Of a stretch of DNA of 47,255 nucleotides, positions 9,681 through 19,082 are shown one piece after another. The stretch lies in UHGV virus genome UHGV-1361018; one strand, written 5' to 3'. Source of the DNA: a virus. The position numbers and the translations under genes were made by a program. Under the pieces are notes generated by a model. The model ran no database searches. It was not told the DNA's origin and saw only the letters and a list, made by a program, of their open reading frames with translations. Every line of letters begins with the position of its first letter. The stretch's first letter is position 1.

Positions 9681-10117
9681 GTGAAGTTAAGCGTTATGAC
9701 CTTGTTGGTGACATGGATGGAAATTGCAACCTTAACGAAGCAAGAATGGAACTTTCGGCTGATGGTATTTATGTAAGGCACCGTGACTATGCAGCACTTG
9801 AAGTTAAATGCGCGGCGCTGGCAGCGGAGAATGCGTGGATGAAGTCTGGCGCAATGGACGAAATCAAGGTTATCAACCGTGGAGGGCAGGCATATTGCGT
9901 AAAAGATGGAGTGCAAGTTAATCCCATGTATGCAAGAGGGTGGAATGACTATCGCGCAAAGTCTATGCAATCAGACACCCCAGCCACAGATGCTTTCCTG
10001 GCTGAAGTACGGGCGCATGGCGTGGAGATGTTTGCTGACCATCTGTTGTGCCAGGACCTTGATGACACTATCCGTGACTTCGCCGCACAGCTTCGCAAAG
10101 GAGGTGAGCAAAAATGA
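9677..10117 (+). CDS. hypothetical early protein (146 aa)
   Basis: GTG start after GGGGG; coupled to neighbours. Confidence 0.45.
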   Translation: MSEVKRYDLVGDMDGNCNLNEARMELSADGIYVRHRDYAALEVKCAALAAENAWMKSGAMDEIKVINRGGQAYCVKDGVQVNPMYARGWNDYRAKSMQSDTPATDAFLAEVRAHGVEMFADHLLCQDLDDTIRDFAAQLRKGGEQK

Positions 10118-10416
10118 CAATCACAAAACAACGTGTAGAAGAAATCATATCACGCATTGAAATGTATGGGCATGGTGCAGGGTATACCGCTGACGAGGTT
10201 TATGACTTAGCTGTACTGGCGCTGAATTTATCAAATATCGCAAACCTGAAGCGATACGAGCTTGATATGGGTGGTTGTGACTCGTGCGGTCAGGATTGCG
10301 GTGCTGACATGAGTGAAGACCCTGAAGGCGAATTTGTCATGTTCGACGATGTTATCAGTCTGGTTCAGTTTGACACCACAGCACAGCAATTCGAAAGCCT
10401 GGCTAAAAGTGAATAG
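10114..10416 (+). CDS. hypothetical early protein (100 aa), Cys-rich CDSCGQDCG
   Basis: ATGA overlap with the upstream gene; RBS GGTGAG. Confidence 0.45.
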   Translation: MTITKQRVEEIISRIEMYGHGAGYTADEVYDLAVLALNLSNIANLKRYELDMGGCDSCGQDCGADMSEDPEGEFVMFDDVISLVQFDTTAQQFESLAKSE

Positions 10417-10479
10417 CTACCCGTTCATATTAATTATCAGTGCGCTCTCTGTGGCGCACGGCTTAGTGGAGGTGTATGG

Positions 10480-10866
10480 ATGAGCAATAGATATATTTAT
10501 CACTACAACGCATTATCTGCAGGCGGTACATCATCAGTGTCTGGCATTGCTCAGTTGACGTTCAGAATTAAATCGCAAGAAGATGTTGAGGCGCTGAAGA
10601 GTTTGATTAACAGTGATAGGTTCAAAGCAGTAGCAATCGCATCTCTTTCATATCTCGGACGAGAGAATGACGACGAAGAGTATGACGCAACAAAATTCGA
10701 CCAGGCGTTTTTGATTAACAAATTCTATGAGCGTTATCCGCTTTCTGGATTTAAGAGTGATTCAGAGCGAGCTGAGGCGCTTGGTTATTTCATGGCTGGT
10801 GCAGAATTACAGCGACTTGGAAAGTTCATCGAATACAATGATGAGGATGATAGCGATGATTACTAA
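10480..10866 (+). CDS. hypothetical early protein (128 aa), acidic C-terminus
   Basis: Strong RBS GGAGGTG upstream. Confidence 0.5.
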   Translation: MSNRYIYHYNALSAGGTSSVSGIAQLTFRIKSQEDVEALKSLINSDRFKAVAIASLSYLGRENDDEEYDATKFDQAFLINKFYERYPLSGFKSDSERAEALGYFMAGAELQRLGKFIEYNDEDDSDDY

Positions 10867-10940
10867 ATACCAACGACGCCGATACACCACTGGCGCTAAA
10901 ATCTTCCTTGCTGTTTATGCTCTGGCGCTAGTGGCTGCTA

Positions 10941-11279
10941 TTGCAGGAGTTTTGCACTATGTTTAATCAATTATCTGAGTTTTATAATGCATATTCCGAC
11001 TGGATTGATGCTGGCGCACCAGAAAGTGAACCATTCAGTAGAAGAGTTGGTCTTTGCGGTTCTTTATGCTCACACCTTGCAAGCAAAGGTTGCAGATTCC
11101 ATGTAAGGGATATGACGTTGCAGTTAATGAAATCGCAATTCATTAAGGCCGGACTCAGCCGTGATTACCCGTTTAATAACGCAGATAACTCATACTATGT
11201 GGAATGTATTAACGGGACAATCCACACCAACAAGAATCGCATTGCATTGGTTAAAAAGGAGTGGCAACATTATGTTTGA
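10941..11279 (+). CDS. hypothetical early protein (112 aa)
   Basis: ORF; its stop overlaps the next ATG (ATGTTTGA). Confidence 0.45.
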   Translation: MQEFCTMFNQLSEFYNAYSDWIDAGAPESEPFSRRVGLCGSLCSHLASKGCRFHVRDMTLQLMKSQFIKAGLSRDYPFNNADNSYYVECINGTIHTNKNRIALVKKEWQHYV

Positions 11280-11451
11280 CAATATCAACGACGCAATGGA
11301 ATTCATGTGGAAAAGATACTGGGACGGAATGATGACATGTCATTATATGATGGTTCAGCTCTGCAATCGCATTGAGGTTGTTCCTGATACCGGTGTGCAC
11401 AACATTAAGTGCATGTGCTCTACGAGGGCTTTTGCTAATGCAAACCACTAA
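11272..11451 (+). CDS. hypothetical early protein (59 aa)
   Basis: ATG overlapping the upstream stop. Confidence 0.4.
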   Translation: MFDNINDAMEFMWKRYWDGMMTCHYMMVQLCNRIEVVPDTGVHNIKCMCSTRAFANANH

Positions 11452-11611
11452 ACAAAAAGTCTGGCAACTCGCAAAGCAGCACGAACTTGACGATTTTATC
11501 GCGAAGGTCGCCAAAACATTCCCTGATGCGCTTGAAATCGTTCACGTGCAGACGCGAAATGAAAATGCATGGTGCTATGCTGGCAAGTGTGATAATCATG
11601 GTGTACAATAA
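11438..11611 (+). CDS. hypothetical early protein (57 aa)
   Basis: Internal ATG of track ORF 11372..11611. Last ORF before a strong terminator. Confidence 0.3.
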   Translation: MQTTKQKVWQLAKQHELDDFIAKVAKTFPDALEIVHVQTRNENAWCYAGKCDNHGVQ

Positions 11612-11650
11612 ACACATAACCACCATTGCTTTCCTCATATCATCACCCAA

Positions 11651-11690
11651 CCTTTAACCCGCCTTGTGCGGGTTCTTTTTTATCTGTGTT
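11651..11690 (+). terminator. rho-independent terminator ending the early block
   Basis: AACCCGC-CTTGTG-CGGGTT followed by CTTTTTTAT. Confidence 0.8.
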
Positions 11691-11728
11691 AAACTAACGA
11701 TATCGAAATACGAAAAGACGAAAACAGA

Positions 11729-12175
11729 ATGGCTAATCCAAACCCTGTAATGAAATTTTCCTCTGAGTACCAGCCAGCTGGAAGAGGATTAAGCTACAGA
11801 AACAGGCTTATTGAAGCATTAAAGCGGTGCGGGCTTGGGGAAGAGGAGTTCCTTGACGCATTCATCAGAACGTCAATCAAGATGACGGAGGAAAACCCGA
11901 CTCAGGGCGTGCAAATGCTGAAGGAAATATTCCTGCGCATCAGTCCCGTGCAAAAAAGCATGGCACCTCCTGTTAATTTTAAATACCGCAAAGATGCCAC
12001 GCCAGTAGAGCAGATAGAGGACGTCATTCAATCTGTTTCCAGTGGGGAACTTCCAATCGATGTGGCGTCTCAGGTTGTATCAATGATTAAGGTTGGTCTT
12101 GACGTGAAAGAGTTAACAGAACTCGCCGCGCGACTCGAACGACTGGAGAAATTACTGGAGCAGCAGAATGGGTGA
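11729..12175 (+). CDS. putative terminase small subunit
   Basis: 148-aa ORF immediately upstream of the large terminase, following a terminator. Assigned by position only. Confidence 0.4.
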   Translation: MANPNPVMKFSSEYQPAGRGLSYRNRLIEALKRCGLGEEEFLDAFIRTSIKMTEENPTQGVQMLKEIFLRISPVQKSMAPPVNFKYRKDATPVEQIEDVIQSVSSGELPIDVASQVVSMIKVGLDVKELTELAARLERLEKLLEQQNG

Positions 12176-12303
12176 TTCAGTTTATTATAAACAAAGATGT
12201 GATGAAGTGATTCTGACACGCGGCAGCGGTGATGAGCGAGGCGTTGTGTTTGATGAGCCAATGAGTGATGATGATGTGGCCGACATTCTTCAGGAGCTAA
12301 CCA

Positions 12304-13725
12304 ATGGCTCGTAAACGTCTCTCCGCACTGGCAATAGAAAAGCTGGAGGCGCAGATTGATGATGCAATGACGGATGTTGCAGAGTCCGCCATCTTCGGCA
12401 TCTGCGACATGCAGAAGAACGTCATTAAGCGGTTAAGGATGACAGCCACTGGCGTTGATGATGTGACTAATGCAACCACTCATGCTGACCACCTGATTCC
12501 GGCAAAGCTGGAGCGCCTGCTTTATCCGAAGCCGTGGAAGGTTGTCTATGGTGGCCGTGGGTCGGCAAAGACTCGCACGGTGTCGACAATCCTCACTGAG
12601 TCGGCAAGGTTTAAATCAGAGCGTATTGGCTGCTTCCGTGAGATTCAGCAGTCCATTGAAGACTCCAGCTATCAGGAGCTGGTGGACGAGATTGATCGCA
12701 AGGGAGAATCAAAAGAGTATCGCTGCATTGATGGCAAGATTACCCACAAAAAAACGAAATCCAAGTTCAGGTTCCGTGGCCTTTATCGCAACGTAACTGG
12801 CGTTAAGGGGTTCGCTGGTATTACGAAGGCATGGATTGAGGAGGCTGAAAACGTCAGTCAGGCATCGTGGGATATCCTTGAGCCTACCGTGCGTAACCCG
12901 GGAGCTGAGATATGGGTAACATTCAACCCCAACAAAGAAACAGACGCCACATGGACTCGGTGGGTAGCTCCGTGGCATGACAAAATGGTAAACGGCATTT
13001 ACGAGGATGATGAGATACTCATCATTGAGTGTAACTGGACCGATAACCCGTGGATGACAGAGGAACTAATCCGTTCAAAAGATAAAATGAAGCGCGTCGA
13101 CTTCGATCGCTACATGTGGATTTGGGAAGGAAAATTTAACAAACGCAGTGACGAGCAGGTGTTTGGTGGCAAGTGGCGCGTTGATAACTTTGAGGTCAAA
13201 CCTGAATGGCACGGCCCATACTTCGGGATGGACTTCGGGTTTTCTACGGATCCCACCGCAATGGTTGAGGTTTACATCGAAGAATTACCAGGCGGGCGTC
13301 GCAACATTTATATTAATCGCGAGTACGGAAAGGTCGGACTTGAGATTACCGACACGCCAGCCGCGATGGAACAATCATTCCCGATGGCTAAGCGTGCGCG
13401 ATGGTATGCAGATTGCGCTCGACCAGAAACTATCAGCCACATCAAGCGTTCTGGCTTCGATATTCATCCATGCACAAAATGGCCGGGAAGCGTTGAGGAT
13501 GGCGTGACATGGTTGCGCGGATGCGACAGCATCATTATCCACGAACGATGCAAGGAGATGCAGAATGAGGCGGCAATGTACAGCTACAAGGTCGATAAGC
13601 TGACAGGGAATGTGCTGACTGATATTGTTGATGCATATAACCACTTCTGGGATGCCGTTCGCTACGCACTCAATGACCATATCGTTCAGCGCGGCAGCGG
13701 GATGCTAATCCGGCGCAGAAGATAA
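12304..13725 (+). CDS. terL: terminase large subunit
   Basis: 473 aa with Walker A VVYGGRGSAKTRTVS and a C-terminal nuclease-like region; followed by a terminator. Confidence 0.85.
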   Translation: MARKRLSALAIEKLEAQIDDAMTDVAESAIFGICDMQKNVIKRLRMTATGVDDVTNATTHADHLIPAKLERLLYPKPWKVVYGGRGSAKTRTVSTILTESARFKSERIGCFREIQQSIEDSSYQELVDEIDRKGESKEYRCIDGKITHKKTKSKFRFRGLYRNVTGVKGFAGITKAWIEEAENVSQASWDILEPTVRNPGAEIWVTFNPNKETDATWTRWVAPWHDKMVNGIYEDDEILIIECNWTDNPWMTEELIRSKDKMKRVDFDRYMWIWEGKFNKRSDEQVFGGKWRVDNFEVKPEWHGPYFGMDFGFSTDPTAMVEVYIEELPGGRRNIYINREYGKVGLEITDTPAAMEQSFPMAKRARWYADCARPETISHIKRSGFDIHPCTKWPGSVEDGVTWLRGCDSIIIHERCKEMQNEAAMYSYKVDKLTGNVLTDIVDAYNHFWDAVRYALNDHIVQRGSGMLIRRRR

Positions 13726-13729
13726 AAAT

Positions 13730-13758
13730 AAAGCCCTCATTCTAGGGCTTTCATTTCG
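13730..13758. terminator. bidirectional rho-independent terminator
   Basis: AAAGCCCT-CATTC-TAGGGCTTT hairpin between the convergent terL and a leftward ORF. Confidence 0.7.
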
Positions 13759-13763
13759 TTTTA

Positions 13764-13979
13764 CTATTTGGCGTATATATTAATCGCTTCCCTGATCTGT
13801 TCTTCATTATTAAATTTGCCAATATAAGTATATCCATCACACTTAATATGAATTAGCAGATAAACCTTTTTATTTATCAGGTGAGCAAAGAAGAACATAT
13901 CGTTATGATTAATTGTCATACTTCCGCTATCATGTCTCTCAATAATCATCTTTATCATCATCCTCAAGTAACTTATCAA
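13764..13979 (-). CDS. hypothetical protein (71 aa)
   Basis: Minus-strand ORF downstream of the PAPS-reductase-like gene. Confidence 0.35.
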   Translation of the reverse strand: MISYLRMMIKMIIERHDSGSMTINHNDMFFFAHLINKKVYLLIHIKCDGYTYIGKFNNEEQIREAINIYAK

Positions 13980-14799
13980 GAACCTTATCGGATGTATTAA
14001 ATAACGCCTCGCAGCTCTCGCTGCATGAACCAGTATCGTACTGGCGCATTGACGTCATTCGTGATGCCAGCTCATCCCTGCTTACATCGTTAAATAAAGC
14101 TATAACGTCGCCAAGACTTCTGTTTGAACGATACATTATCTTGTCTGATTTTTTATCTTCAGCCTGAATCATCTGCCAAAATTCAGCAGCAAGTTCCGGC
14201 TCATCCTTTGAAGCAAGCGCAACTTTCTGGAGGCTCTTCTTGATACAGAAAACGCAATTACCAAGATGCTCCTGAATGCCAAGGTCGAATTGTTGCATTG
14301 ACCACCAGTCAAGGATATCCTGCTTTTCAAAGTCACTGATGTCTGCAAGGTAATGAAAACCTTCACCTCGGTTCTTTAACCGGTTTGGTTCATCAGTCCT
14401 GACGCCAAGCCATCTCTCGTAATTTCCTTTCCCGTATTTTTCGTTGCAGTATTTTGTGAATGGGACTGTTTTCATGCGGTCAGTGCAGAACGCCCCACCA
14501 ACATATGGATGACCGTACTTGCGCAACATTCTACGCCATGGCTCAAGGTCTGGGCCAATCTCATCGACGGTCAACTGCTCATACGTACTTGCTTTGCGCA
14601 TTTCATGATTTGGCACCACACGAAGACATGTTATAGCGATACTGAAGTGCTTTGCGAAGTTGCGTATAAACTCATACGTTTTTGGGTGCTCTGCTCCAGT
14701 ATCCATAAAGATAACCTCCGCTTCTGGGTGTATCTTTAGCACCTCCAGCGCCATAAACGCTGAAGTTCTTCCGCCTGAAAAGCTAATGACTTGATTCAT
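13939..14799 (-). CDS. PAPS reductase-like (PP-loop ATP pyrophosphatase family) protein
   Basis: N-terminal PP-loop ISFSGGRTSAFMA (SGGxxS). 286 aa. Confidence 0.65.
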   Translation of the reverse strand: MNQVISFSGGRTSAFMALEVLKIHPEAEVIFMDTGAEHPKTYEFIRNFAKHFSIAITCLRVVPNHEMRKASTYEQLTVDEIGPDLEPWRRMLRKYGHPYVGGAFCTDRMKTVPFTKYCNEKYGKGNYERWLGVRTDEPNRLKNRGEGFHYLADISDFEKQDILDWWSMQQFDLGIQEHLGNCVFCIKKSLQKVALASKDEPELAAEFWQMIQAEDKKSDKIMYRSNRSLGDVIALFNDVSRDELASRMTSMRQYDTGSCSESCEALFNTSDKVLDKLLEDDDKDDY

Positions 14800-14960
14800 T
14801 TTAACTCCACCTTATCTAAAGGATGCGCCACGGAAACACCAAATGTGTGGCATATAATAATCTTACCATCTGACAACCCAATAGATTTAACTATTGTCCA
14901 TCCATTTCGCGTCATAATTATGTCGCCAACGGTTAAATTTCTGTTTAACTTGTAAGTCAT
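14796..14960 (-). CDS. hypothetical protein (54 aa), translationally coupled to the PAPS reductase-like gene
   Basis: RBS GGAGGTGATT; its stop overlaps the downstream ATG (ATGA). Not in the ORF track (<60 aa). Confidence 0.4.
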   Translation of the reverse strand: MTYKLNRNLTVGDIIMTRNGWTIVKSIGLSDGKIIICHTFGVSVAHPLDKVELK

Positions 14961-14987
14961 AATCACCTCCAACGACTCTATAAATCC

Positions 14988-15090
14988 AATCTACATCACC
15001 ATCATATCTACGTCAACATTTATTGTTGTTGATAAATCTGCATCACTACACTTGACCAATCTACACCGAGCGCATAGTATATCTACATCA
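14988..15090. promoter_or_regulatory. divergent promoter region with five TCTACRTCA-family motifs
   Basis: Leftward: TTGACG (rc of 15011-15016), 17 nt, TAGATT (rc of 14988-14993). Rightward: TTGACC 15052-15057, 17 nt, TAGTAT 15075-15080, then ATCTACATCA at about +1. Confidence 0.55.
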
Positions 15091-15110
15091 GGTTTATCGG
15101 AGATATCGCT

Positions 15111-15317
15111 ATGCGCAGCTATGCAGGATTCACACAGGAGGAAAAAGAACAGGTTTATTCACTGGCGCGGGCTGGTGTGCCTGACGAGGTGATTTGCCGT
15201 CGGTATGACATCGATGAGGACTTTCTGCTGCGCGTTCTGGATGATGTTTTCGTTAACCTGCAAGAGAAGCGCGGGTACAAGGGCATCTGCTGCAAGAATG
15301 ATTTTTTGAGAGGGTGA
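15111..15317 (+). CDS. hypothetical protein (68 aa)
   Basis: ORF downstream of the rightward promoter. Confidence 0.45.
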   Translation: MRSYAGFTQEEKEQVYSLARAGVPDEVICRRYDIDEDFLLRVLDDVFVNLQEKRGYKGICCKNDFLRG

Positions 15318-15318
15318 T

Positions 15319-15516
15319 GTGATGCTTAAGATAAGCAAGATGAGCAACAGAAGCAAGATCGGAAGGATTGCTTTACTGCCATTTTTTGTTCCTGTGTGGT
15401 TATTGTGGGTTTTATTTTTTGGTGCAAGAAATTTATTTGAGTATCTTGAGTTTTGGCAGAAAAATGTTATGCGAAAATTCCATGATGTTATTGATAAGTG
15501 GTTTCCGATTGGTTGA
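15319..15516 (+). CDS. hypothetical small membrane protein (65 aa)
   Basis: Hydrophobic segment IALLPFFVPVWLLWVLFFG. Confidence 0.4.
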   Translation: MMLKISKMSNRSKIGRIALLPFFVPVWLLWVLFFGARNLFEYLEFWQKNVMRKFHDVIDKWFPIG

Positions 15517-15521
15517 GGTGA

Positions 15522-15707
15522 GTGATGATTATTGAAAAATCAAATGGCAATGTAGAAATGGAGGTTTTCTCATATAAGATGGCTGGATATGATGATGATA
15601 TTAAAATCATTCAGGGTGACGCTGATGAACTTAATATAAGCAAACGTCAGGCGATGGAGTTGATTGATATTTTGCGGAAGTTTGTTAATGGTGAGGAGAT
15701 TGAGTGA
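15522..15707 (+). CDS. hypothetical protein (61 aa)
   Basis: ORF coupled to neighbours. Confidence 0.4.
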   Translation: MMIIEKSNGNVEMEVFSYKMAGYDDDIKIIQGDADELNISKRQAMELIDILRKFVNGEEIE

Positions 15708-15892
15708 TGAGCGTTTATTTCATTCATGCCGAAGTGCTTGATGGTGGTAATGTTGTTACCAAGGTTTGCGCGACAGCCACAACATCTAACGCCAATGAAG
15801 CGTTCGATTGGTTTTTGGGTTGCGAATTGGTTGCAAAATACGAAATAAAAGGCTATGACGTTATCATTGATAAACTGGAAAAGGTGGAGTGA
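15704..15892 (+). CDS. hypothetical protein (62 aa)
   Basis: ATGA overlap. Confidence 0.4.
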   Translation: MMSVYFIHAEVLDGGNVVTKVCATATTSNANEAFDWFLGCELVAKYEIKGYDVIIDKLEKVE

Positions 15893-16050
15893 TGGAAAAA
15901 CCAGAGGTTTACTATATGCTGGTGTATATCAGCAACCCACAATGGGGAACCACTGAACGTGAGATTTTCGATTCAATGCACGAGGCTCTTGAAAAGCAGC
16001 GTGATATTGGCGGAGGTGGCGAAATCGTGACACTGTTGCGCGTATCATGA
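15892..16050 (+). CDS. hypothetical protein (52 aa)
   Basis: GTGATGG overlap; RBS AAGGTGGAG. Confidence 0.35.
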   Translation: MEKPEVYYMLVYISNPQWGTTEREIFDSMHEALEKQRDIGGGGEIVTLLRVS

Positions 16051-16060
16051 CTGCGTCTAC

Positions 16061-16106
16061 ACATTGTGACCATGCTATAATCCCTCCATCGTGAGGGATT
16101 TTTTAT
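16061..16106 (+). promoter_or_regulatory. extended -10 promoter (TGcTATAAT) overlapping a terminator-like hairpin upstream of the portal gene
   Basis: TGCTATAAT at 16072-16080. Hairpin CCCTCC-ATCG-TGAGGG followed by a T-run at 16081-16106. Confidence 0.45.
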
Positions 16107-16115
16107 TGGTGACAT

Positions 16116-17528
16116 ATGTCCAAAATTGATGCTTTAAACGCCTACATACGCGACCGCGTGGCGAATAATAACCGGGCGCTTCAGCAACAACGGCTTTGTG
16201 CTGGCGGGAAGAATCTCGACCAGAAACGTGAGTTCATGTGGAAGGAGCTTGGATACCCGCAGGAAATCACCGCAGAGATGTTCCGCTACGCCTATGAGAG
16301 ACATCCAGCCGCCGCAGCTGGCATTAACCGCATTATTAATAAATGCTGGCAGAAATACCCTGAGGTGGTCGAAGATGGCGAGGATGACAAGAACTCTACG
16401 CCGTGGGAATTGTCAATCAACGACATGATGAAGCGCGCATATCCGTTCATCAAAGAAGCTGACAAGCGCAACGCAATCAACCGCTACTCTGCTGTCATCC
16501 TGCAAATCCGAGATGGTCGCCAGTGGAGTGAGCCGGTAGACATTACCAAAACCCGCCGCATTAAAGATAAATCCATCGTCCGCTTTATTCCGGTATGGGA
16601 GGAGCAGCTCAAAGTCAGTGCGTGGAATAACGACGAAACCAGCGAAGACTACGGAATGCCTGAGATGTACGAATATCAGGAAAGCGCCGTGGAAGACTTC
16701 GACAGCGACGGCAAGCCTGAGCGTTCCGTGCAGATTCATCCAGACCGCATCATCATTCTGGCTGAGGGTAGCTTTGATGGAAGCATGTTCAGTGGCATCC
16801 CGATGTTGCGCGCTGGCTACAACAGCCTTATCGACATGGCGAAGGTTTCCGGTAGTTCTGCGGAAGGCTTTCTGAAGAATGCCAGTCGTCAGCTGGCTGT
16901 TAACTACACGAAGGATAACGTAACGCCAGCAAGTCTTGCGCAGTCGATGGGTGTCGATATCGAAGAACTTACCGACATCATGAATGAGAACATTGAGGCG
17001 CTAAACTCCGGTATCGACAGTGCCATGTTCACAATGGGCGCGGATGCAAAAGTTCTTGCTGTAACGCCAGCCGACCCGAAACCAACATGGGAGGTAGCCG
17101 CCAACCAGTTCGCTGCGTCAATGGCGCTTCCATTCACCGTCATTTTTGGTCAGCAGACCGGGCGTCTTGCGAGTGATGAAGACAAGATGCAGGAGGCGAT
17201 GACCGCCAAACAGCGCCGCGAAACATGGGTTGATTATGTTATCTCAATGTTCGTTGAGCGCATGATTCAGTTTGGCATTGTCGATAAAGCACCGGCAAAT
17301 GGCTACAAGGTTAAGTGGGATGACTTGCTGGCACCATCGGAGCTGGATAAGGCTGAACTGCTGGCTAAACTCGCAACTGCGAACAAGTCCTTCTTTGATG
17401 CTGGTCAATCCGCACTGCTGACTGTTGATGAGGCTCGCGGCATGGTAGGTATGGAGCCGATTAAACTCGACGAAAGCTACCGCGAAGACACACCACCGGA
17501 AGACGAAAATGAAGATACTCCGGTTTAA
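16116..17528 (+). CDS. portal protein
   Basis: 470-aa ORF with an acidic C-terminus. Assigned by size and by synteny: terL, then portal, then head morphogenesis protein. Confidence 0.65.
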   Translation: MSKIDALNAYIRDRVANNNRALQQQRLCAGGKNLDQKREFMWKELGYPQEITAEMFRYAYERHPAAAAGINRIINKCWQKYPEVVEDGEDDKNSTPWELSINDMMKRAYPFIKEADKRNAINRYSAVILQIRDGRQWSEPVDITKTRRIKDKSIVRFIPVWEEQLKVSAWNNDETSEDYGMPEMYEYQESAVEDFDSDGKPERSVQIHPDRIIILAEGSFDGSMFSGIPMLRAGYNSLIDMAKVSGSSAEGFLKNASRQLAVNYTKDNVTPASLAQSMGVDIEELTDIMNENIEALNSGIDSAMFTMGADAKVLAVTPADPKPTWEVAANQFAASMALPFTVIFGQQTGRLASDEDKMQEAMTAKQRRETWVDYVISMFVERMIQFGIVDKAPANGYKVKWDDLLAPSELDKAELLAKLATANKSFFDAGQSALLTVDEARGMVGMEPIKLDESYREDTPPEDENEDTPV

Positions 17529-18459
17529 CGCCAGACTTCCCCAGCCGCGCATATCGCAGAGCCTGACTGACCCGTTAGGCGCTGCGACTCGCCTGTCGAA
17601 GATGGACAAAGTGATAACGCGCAAATACAAACAGCTCAGTACTCGTGCGCTTGAGTTGTTTCGCACCATCCCGCATAGTCAGACTAACGCAGAATCAAAC
17701 GACCTGTATTTCTATGATTTCAGTAGTGCGCGGGCAGCCACGTTCATGGATGAGCTACAGGCGCTGATTGACGAGATTCTGCTGGAAGGTGATGATTTCG
17801 GTCACGGCAGGATGTGGGCTAACGTGTTTATTGGTGATGCGTATCAGGCCGGCACACAGAAGGCAAACTCAGAGCTATCAAGCCTGTCTCCGGTTTACGC
17901 TGAGCAGCGACCGATTGCCGCGATACTCTACAGTGAGCCTTACCTGAATCGCCTGCAGCTGGCGTACACACAAGGATACTCAGACTGGCGCGGATTGAGT
18001 GATTATTCCCGCCAGCAACTGGCGTCTGTCATTATGGAAGGCGTTGCCAGGGGTGCTAATCCTCGTGATGTTGAAGCTGACATTGTTAAGCGCGTCGATG
18101 TGTCTCACAGCTACGCTAAACAGTTGGCGCAGACTGAAATCACCGGAACGCTACGGCAGGCAAACAGGAGAGAAGTCATTGAGGCGCGCGAGGAGTTAGG
18201 TATTGAGACGGTTATGCTGTGGCAGTCAGCATTAATGCGCACAACACGCCAGACGCACGCGGCGCGACACGGAAGGTTTTACACGCCAGAGGAGATTGAT
18301 ACGTTCTATAGCGAAGTTGCTAACCGCAGGAATTGTCACTGTTCTCAGAGTCCAGCATTGCTAATGGATGGTAAGCCAGTCATTCTTGAATCGTCGCAGG
18401 AAAGGCTTGATAAGCAGCGAGAGGCTTGGCAATCGGCAAACAAAAAGCCCTCTAAGTGA
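17509..18459 (+). CDS. head morphogenesis / minor head protein (SPP1 gp7 / Mu F-like)
   Basis: 316-aa ORF overlapping the portal stop, followed by a terminator. Assigned by position; weak family resemblance. Confidence 0.5.
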   Translation: MKILRFNARLPQPRISQSLTDPLGAATRLSKMDKVITRKYKQLSTRALELFRTIPHSQTNAESNDLYFYDFSSARAATFMDELQALIDEILLEGDDFGHGRMWANVFIGDAYQAGTQKANSELSSLSPVYAEQRPIAAILYSEPYLNRLQLAYTQGYSDWRGLSDYSRQQLASVIMEGVARGANPRDVEADIVKRVDVSHSYAKQLAQTEITGTLRQANRREVIEAREELGIETVMLWQSALMRTTRQTHAARHGRFYTPEEIDTFYSEVANRRNCHCSQSPALLMDGKPVILESSQERLDKQREAWQSANKKPSK

Positions 18460-18476
18460 GGGCTTGGTTTTATCTT
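18443..18476 (+). terminator. rho-independent terminator
   Basis: GCCCTC-TAAGT-GAGGGC followed by TTGGTTTTAT. Confidence 0.7.
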
Positions 18477-18542
18477 ATCAGCATACACAGAACGAATATT
18501 ATTATCGCATAGCACAATATCTCTACGACGCTGAATATTGTT

Positions 18543-19082
18543 TTAATCATCCAGCTTAACTCCGGGAATCTTGCCTGCTGCGATGGCGTCGTAAATGATT
18601 TCGTATTCACTATAAATCCAGTTGTTACCCTCGTCATCCTCTCTCTGCATTGCCTCTATTGCTGCATCGCGCTTAATTTCTGCTTCTGTGCGGAATGGGA
18701 TGAAAACATCCTTATTGGATGGGGTTATTGCATAGTAAATTTCACCAGATGGTCTGATGACTATCTTTTCGCCATCAAGACCAATAACCTTAACTTTTCC
18801 CCATGAAGTTCCGTTGCTGATATACTCGCATTCACACCCCACTGGCGGCAGGCCTTCGCCGTTCCATGCTGGCTTTTTCGATGCAGCGAGTGCGGATTCA
18901 TATTGCTGCTTAGTAACCACATCAGCAATCCAGTCGTCGCATTTTTTGAGCTTAAAGTCACTGCAATAGTCAGATTGCATTTCAAACAACTGGCCCTCAC
19001 TGTCCTGCTCTACAGCGTCAACACCGTTAGGCCACCCACCACGCTTAGGTAATTCTTGAACTAACAGGTCGATAAGTTTCAT
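18543..19082 (-). CDS. hypothetical protein (179 aa)
   Basis: Leftward accessory operon driven by the promoter at 19690-19716. Confidence 0.5.
   Translation of the reverse strand: MKLIDLLVQELPKRGGWPNGVDAVEQDSEGQLFEMQSDYCSDFKLKKCDDWIADVVTKQQYESALAASKKPAWNGEGLPPVGCECEYISNGTSWGKVKVIGLDGEKIVIRPSGEIYYAITPSNKDVFIPFRTEAEIKRDAAIEAMQREDDEGNNWIYSEYEIIYDAIAAGKIPGVKLDD

Noticed and set aside
10417-10479. Inverted repeat GTGCGC-N8-GCGCAC upstream of 10480 ORF as a terminator
   Set aside because: No downstream T-run, and it lies within a tightly coupled operon. More likely a local RNA structure or coincidence.
11161-11451. 96-aa track ORF as a single gene
   Set aside because: It is better explained as the 59-aa gene starting at ATG 11272, which overlaps the stop of the upstream 112-aa gene (ATGTTTGA). 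The N-terminal extension is in the shadow of the upstream gene.
12542-12796. 84-aa plus-strand ORF and other internal ORFs within terL (12709..12978 minus, 13148..13507 plus, 13375..13680 minus)
   Set aside because: Alternative-frame or antisense ORFs inside the terminase large subunit gene.
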